The notes under the pieces were generated by a model that was not told where the DNA came from, ran no database searches, and was given only the letters and a program-made list of their open reading frames with translations. Position numbers and translations under genes: made by a program. This document shows positions 52,666 through 57,146 of a stretch of DNA of 57,146 nt, piece by piece. How positions within the stretch are numbered: the stretch's first letter is position 1; each line of letters starts with the position of its first letter. The DNA is from an uncultured Acidobacterium sp. (lineage in GTDB: Bacteria; Acidobacteriota; Vicinamibacteria; Vicinamibacterales; UBA2999), in assembly GCA_964355095.1 (NCBI GenBank), contig CAYHCX010000008.1, positions 7,320 to 64,465 on the forward strand, given 5' to 3'.

Positions 52666-52743
52666 ATCACTGGACGAGTGGAGTCTACCTTACTCACCCT
52701 GACGTAAGATCGAGAGCGTGTGGATTGAGAACATCGGACGGCC

Positions 52744-54090
52744 ATGACGGCGGACCAAGGGCTGCATCCGTCGCGGGTCGTATTGGGAAACGGCGTCACC
52801 GTGATCGTCAAGGCGAATCACACGACGCCCGCCGTGAGCCTGCTGGTCGGCGTTCGCGCCGGCGCCTACTCCGATCCCCCCGATCGCGAAGGCACCGCCG
52901 CCCTGTGCGCGCGCGTGCTCGATCGGGGCACCGTGACGCGGCCCGCGGAGGTGATTGCCGACGACCTCGACGGCCGCGGCGCGTCGCTGTCGGTCGTGGC
53001 CGGCCGCCACCAGATGGCGATCAGCGCCACCTGCCTGGCCGACGATTTCGGATCGGTGCTGACCCTGGCCGCCGACATCGCCCGCCACCCGGCCTTTCCG
53101 GATGCCGAGGTGAACACGCGCCGGGCGGATCTGATCACCTCGATCCGCCAGGACCAAGACGACCCCGCGCCGATGGCGGTGGATGCGTTCAACCGCGCGC
53201 TCTACGGCCCGCACCCCTACGCGCGCAAGGTGCGCGGCACGGTGGCATCAGTCGAGGGCATCAAGCGGCAGGACCTGGTGCGGTTCTACCAGCAGGGCTT
53301 CCAGCCGGGCGCCATCACGGTCGTCGTCGTCGGCGACGTAAAGGAAGAGGCGGCCATCGCGGCGATTGCCAAGGCGTTCAGCGACTGGCCCGCCTCCGCC
53401 AAGGCTTCCGTCTTCGCCCAGGCTACGGCGGACAAGCCGGCGGGGCAAGCCTCCCCCCTGGACGTTGCGGCGGAGCCGCCAACCGTTCCCGACGCGATTG
53501 CGCCCACCGAGCGGCGCCTCGTGACCGTGCCGATGATGAGCAAGGCGCAGGCCGACATCGCGTATGGCTTCGTCGGCATCCGCCGCTCGAATCCCGACTA
53601 CACCGCGTATTCGGTGATGAACAACGCCCTCGGCCAATACGCCATTGGCGGACGCCTCGGCGACAGCATTCGCGAACGGCAAGGCATGGCCTACTACGTG
53701 TTCAGCTCGCTCGACGCCAGCCTGGGTGCCGGGCCGTTCACCATTCGCGCCGGCGTCTCGGCCGCCAACGTCGAGAAGGCCATCGCCTCGATCGACACGG
53801 AGCTGGCCGCCGTCGTGCAGTCGGGCTTCACCGCGCAGGAGATCGACGAGTCGAAGAGCTACCTGGTGGGGTCGCTGCCACGGCAGCTCGAAACCAATGC
53901 CGCCATCGCCTCGTTCCTGCTGAACGCCGAGTTCTTCGGCCTGGGACTGGACTACGATGTCCGCTTGCCTGGCCTGATTCAGTCGGTGACGCTCGAGGCC
54001 GCCAACGACACCGCGCGCCGGTTGCTCGATCCCGCTCGCGCCACCATCGCCGTGGCCGGGCCGTGGCAGCCCTCTCCGCCGAACCCGTGA
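52744..54090 (+). CDS. M16 family protease, non-catalytic partner subunit
   Basis: LGNG, G.AAL...LDRGT without HxxEH, YGPHPY, RL...IRERQGMAY. Confidence 0.9.
   Translation: MTADQGLHPSRVVLGNGVTVIVKANHTTPAVSLLVGVRAGAYSDPPDREGTAALCARVLDRGTVTRPAEVIADDLDGRGASLSVVAGRHQMAISATCLADDFGSVLTLAADIARHPAFPDAEVNTRRADLITSIRQDQDDPAPMAVDAFNRALYGPHPYARKVRGTVASVEGIKRQDLVRFYQQGFQPGAITVVVVGDVKEEAAIAAIAKAFSDWPASAKASVFAQATADKPAGQASPLDVAAEPPTVPDAIAPTERRLVTVPMMSKAQADIAYGFVGIRRSNPDYTAYSVMNNALGQYAIGGRLGDSIRERQGMAYYVFSSLDASLGAGPFTIRAGVSAANVEKAIASIDTELAAVVQSGFTAQEIDESKSYLVGSLPRQLETNAAIASFLLNAEFFGLGLDYDVRLPGLIQSVTLEAANDTARRLLDPARATIAVAGPWQPSPPNP
53390..53449. repeat. Self-nested CAAG-ended palindromic element inside a CDS
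   Basis: Outer copy ccgcctccgccaaggct|ccggcggggcaag is interrupted by a 30-nt copy at 53407-53436. Confidence 0.75.
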
Positions 54091-54776
54091 CCACTCTCCG
54101 CGCCGTTTTCTTCGACGTCGATTTCACCCTGATCTACCCCGGTCCGATGTTCCAGGCCGAGGGCTACCGCCTCGCCTGCGCGGCCATGGGGGTCGCGGTC
54201 GATCCGTCGCGGTTCGACGTCGCCACCGCCGCTTCGGCGTTCATCCTCGACGATGCGGAGGAACAGATCTACAACCACGACCTCTTCATCGACTACACCG
54301 CGTCGATCATCGAGCACATGGGCGGCCGCGGCGCCAACGTGGCGGAAGTGGCGCGGCAGATCTACGATCAGTGGGCGGTGAACCACCACTTCGAGATGTA
54401 CGACGATGCGGCGCCGGCGTTGAGGAGCCTGCACGAGAGCGGCCTGACGGTCGGCGTGATCTCGAACTCCCATCGCAGCCTGGTCGCCTTTTCCGAGCAC
54501 TTCTCGCTGACCGGCCTGATCCGCGTGTCGGTGTCGTCGGCGGAACACGGCTTCATGAAGCCGCACCGCAGCATCTTCGACGCCGCGCTCGAGCGCGCGG
54601 GCGTGCGGGCCAACGAATCGCTGATGGTGGGCGACAGCCTGAAGCATGATGTCGAGGGCGCGCTCCAGGCGGGCATGCGCGCCGTGCTCCTCCGCCGTGC
54701 GGGCGAGGTGCCGCCGGCCCTGCCGGCGAACGTGCCGATGATCCAAACGCTCGCGCAACTGACCGATGTTCTCTAA
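54087..54776 (+). CDS. HAD-superfamily hydrolase (subfamily IA)
   Basis: FFDVDFTL, VISN, KP..IF, VGDS..HDVEGA..AGM; GTGA overlap with the upstream stop. Confidence 0.92.
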   Translation: MTTLRAVFFDVDFTLIYPGPMFQAEGYRLACAAMGVAVDPSRFDVATAASAFILDDAEEQIYNHDLFIDYTASIIEHMGGRGANVAEVARQIYDQWAVNHHFEMYDDAAPALRSLHESGLTVGVISNSHRSLVAFSEHFSLTGLIRVSVSSAEHGFMKPHRSIFDAALERAGVRANESLMVGDSLKHDVEGALQAGMRAVLLRRAGEVPPALPANVPMIQTLAQLTDVL

Positions 54777-54800
54777 CCACGAAGGACGTGGCTCGTTTCA

Positions 54801-55634
54801 ATGACTGACATCCGCATTCGCGACCTCAAGACGATCGAGGAGTTCCGCCAGGTGGTGGACCTCGAGCAGGCCATCTGGGGCTATACCGACAGCGCCGACG
54901 TGGTGACGATCCCGGTGTTCATCTTCACCGTGAAGCGCGGCGCCACGCTGATCGGCGCGTTCAATCCATCCGGCCACATGGTTGGCTTCGCCTACGCGGT
55001 GGTGGGCATGAAGGACGGCCGGCCGATGCTGTGGTCCCACATGACAGGCGTGCTCCCGGAATACCGGGGCGGCCTGGGCTACCGCTTGAAGCTGGAGCAG
55101 CGCGACCGCGCGCTGGCGCAGGGCTACGAGCTGATCGAGTGGACCTTCGACCCCATGCAGGCCATGAACGCGCACCTCAACTTCGCGAAGTTGGGCGGCG
55201 TGGTCGAGGAGTACGCGGAGAACTTCTACGGCGAATCGACCAGCGCGCTCCACCGCGGCACGCCCACCGATCGCCTGATCGTCAGCTGGCGCATCGCCGA
55301 CCCGCACGTGATGCGGCGGCTGGAGCAAACCTCCGGCCCGCAAGCCCGGTCTCATGAGGCAGGGGAGGTGCCCGTGGTGAACGTCACGGCCATGGATGGC
55401 AACTGGCGCGAGGTCAAGAGCATCGACCTCACGGTGGACCAACGGCGGCTGTGGATCGAGATCCCCACCGGTTTTACCCTGATGCAGCAGCAGGCGCCGG
55501 AGCGGGCGCTGCAGTGGCGCCTGCATGTGCGGCAGATGTTCCAGGCCTACTTCGCCAAGGGCTATCGCGCCGTGGACTTCGTGCTGCAGCGAGACGCCGG
55601 CTTTGGGCGGTACCTCCTCGCCAGGAAGGACTGA
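54801..55634 (+). CDS. GNAT acyltransferase (D-amino acid N-succinyltransferase-like)
   Basis: SHMTGVLPEYR, LKLEQR, WTFDP...NAHLNFAKLG, NFYG, TDRL...W. Confidence 0.82.
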   Translation: MTDIRIRDLKTIEEFRQVVDLEQAIWGYTDSADVVTIPVFIFTVKRGATLIGAFNPSGHMVGFAYAVVGMKDGRPMLWSHMTGVLPEYRGGLGYRLKLEQRDRALAQGYELIEWTFDPMQAMNAHLNFAKLGGVVEEYAENFYGESTSALHRGTPTDRLIVSWRIADPHVMRRLEQTSGPQARSHEAGEVPVVNVTAMDGNWREVKSIDLTVDQRRLWIEIPTGFTLMQQQAPERALQWRLHVRQMFQAYFAKGYRAVDFVLQRDAGFGRYLLARKD

Positions 55635-55637
55635 CAG

Positions 55638-56033
55638 ATGTCACAATTACTCACGCTGGTCGTCATGCTCTCCGCCATTTGCGCCTCTCCGGCGTTCGCG
55701 CAGACGCCGTGCGCTGACGTGCCGAAAGACGAGCCGTTCGTGATGGTGACCGCGCCGGCCGCGGGCGCGAAGGTGAAGGGCGGATTCGCCGTCACGGGCT
55801 GCTCGCGGACCTTCGAGAGCACCGTGGTGTGGACGCTGACCGTCCGCGGCGGCAAGGAGCTGGCGAGGGGCACGGCGAAGGGTGGTGGCGTGGACGGCCC
55901 CGGCCCGCTGTCGTTCACGGTGACCGCGAAGGTGACCAGGCCGGCGCTCGCCTATCTCGAAGTGATCGAGCCGAGCGCGTCGGGCGGTCCGCCGGCCAGC
56001 CGGGTGATCGTTCCTGTTGTGATGAGCCCCTGA
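55638..56033 (+). CDS. Secreted Gmad2-like immunoglobulin-fold protein
   Basis: Signal peptide AFA; V.AP..G..V...F.VTG.SRTFESTV pattern. Confidence 0.7.
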   Translation: MSQLLTLVVMLSAICASPAFAQTPCADVPKDEPFVMVTAPAAGAKVKGGFAVTGCSRTFESTVVWTLTVRGGKELARGTAKGGGVDGPGPLSFTVTAKVTRPALAYLEVIEPSASGGPPASRVIVPVVMSP

Positions 56034-56125
56034 GGTTAGGCTAAGAGCGAACCTCGACGCCCCTCGCTGCGGCTGCTCCTGCAGCCAACTCGCAAGCTCG
56101 CTGCCCACCTGCAGCACCGGCGGCC

Positions 56126-56629
56126 TCAGTTCATCGCCGCCTTTGCAAGCGCCACCGCCTGATCCTCCGTGATTTTCGCGTTGACACGAAGATACAGCGC
56201 GTGACCCTGCTTGTCCTTGAACCAGATATCGTCGAGGGCGCCAAACACGTTTCCGCGGTGATGACCCACCAGTACGCCGTCGCGCTCGGTGACCTTGCCT
56301 TTTCCGCCGGATTTCACCATGTTTCGCCAGCTCGCCTCGTTCACAATACTGCTGCCGAGCGAGAAGTAGCGAACCCGTTGCTTGTCTTTGCTGTCGCCGT
56401 ACTTGCATTCCTGGAACGATTGCTCCGAGTCCGGCCTTCGCTCGAACTCCTTGCCCATGATGGCGGTGACTTCATCGAGCGTGAGCTGTGCGCACAGCGC
56501 GTCGACTGACAATCGAGCAGTCTTCGATCCACGCGCAGCATCTTTGGCGATGCCGGTTGCCGCGCCTTGAGTGTGCGCTGGCGCTGTGAATGTGGCGACG
56601 ATCGCAAGCGCAAGAAGTGCGATGTGCAT
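56126..56629 (-). CDS. Secreted hypothetical protein (C..LT.DEV..I.G...C.Y, DUF3558-like)
   Basis: TAAGGAG RBS, signal peptide, visibly lower GC than its neighbours. Confidence 0.7.
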   Translation of the reverse strand: MHIALLALAIVATFTAPAHTQGAATGIAKDAARGSKTARLSVDALCAQLTLDEVTAIMGKEFERRPDSEQSFQECKYGDSKDKQRVRYFSLGSSIVNEASWRNMVKSGGKGKVTERDGVLVGHHRGNVFGALDDIWFKDKQGHALYLRVNAKITEDQAVALAKAAMN

Positions 56630-56776
56630 GGTGGTGCTCCTTAGAGCAAACAACAACACGGGGTCGAATGGGGGAAAGTGATCGAACATCCTAACAGGAC
56701 GATCACCTGGCAAGTGCCGGCATCTGCGTTCTTGATGTCCTGAGTCAAATGCCATGATTACTCGTCCGACCAGTTG

Positions 56777-56852
56777 AGACAACGGCCAGGCTTCAGCCGC
56801 AGCGCGCCGACATCATCACATTGCGCGCCGTCGGCTGCAAGCCGTGCTAAAC
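56777..56852 (-). other. Degenerate integron attC-like site
   Basis: Minus strand GTTTAGC-acggc-TTGCAGCC ... GGCTGAA-gcctggcc-GTTGTCT; inner boxes pair with one extrahelical base, outer R boxes are degenerate. Confidence 0.55.
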
Positions 56853-56939
56853 CGCGTGACCTGTGTTCTCGCATCGGTCTTTACGCCCGGTCCTGCCATT
56901 GTGATGGATCTTGGCGTCCATGAATGGCCAACACCACGA

Positions 56940-57146
56940 CCTCGCTGGCTCGCCGATCTCAGTTTCCCGCTGGCCCCGCAACACATCGCGCTGCAGGAGT
57001 ACCGCGACACGATCGACGAAACCGAACGCCGCGTCGAACGGCTCACGGAACAACTCCGCCAGCTCACGCCGGCGTGGCGCTGGGCACCGGTCGTCGACGC
57101 GCTGCAGGCGCTCCGCGGTGTGTCGTTTGTCACGGCGGTCGGCCTC
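56940..57146 (+). mobile_element. IS110-family transposase, internal fragment running off the window
   Basis: RWLADLSF...QHIALQEY...RVERL...W.WAPVVDALQALRGVSFVTAVGL; no N-terminal DEDD domain upstream. Confidence 0.8.

Noticed and set aside
56034-56125. Hairpins downstream of the cassette-like gene as a second attC
   Set aside because: No correctly spaced R and L boxes.

Overview
A GC-rich, mostly housekeeping bacterial chromosomal segment. Gene style (Oar-type TonB receptor, eukaryotic-like Ser/Thr kinase fragment, HEAT-cyclophilin, repeat families) suggests Acidobacteriota, probably Vicinamibacteria; this is an inference. Core content: an M20 peptidase; an accD-folC-lptD-rfbA-rfbB-SDR cluster; deoxynucleoside kinase; NSAR/OSBS (menC-like) with a HEAT-cyclophilin; ddl with a TPR gene; tgt-yajC-secDF-uppP-DUF502-hppA; tonB-exbB-exbD-exbD next to TPR genes and a TonB-dependent receptor; rel, ridA, rpmB, a DksA/TraR protein and lon; ileS-lspA-lgt-rluD-OmpA; an M16 protease pair split by an AAA ATPase; HAD, GNAT and Gmad2 genes; and, at the right end, a degenerate attC-like site and an IS110 fragment. 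No rRNA, tRNA or CRISPR array was seen. Signals not in the ORF track: (1) a transcription unit at 12.4-12.95 kb with promoter, RBSs and terminator, encoding two 16-17 aa Lys/Ala micropeptides; (2) several families of ~25-30 nt palindromic elements and heptamer arrays inserted in frame into proteins and nested inside each other; (3) several collapsed or truncated gene remnants; (4) two sigma-54 promoters; (5) a dispersed candidate D-to-L amino acid succinylation/racemase pathway. All calls come from motif recognition by eye; no searches were run.
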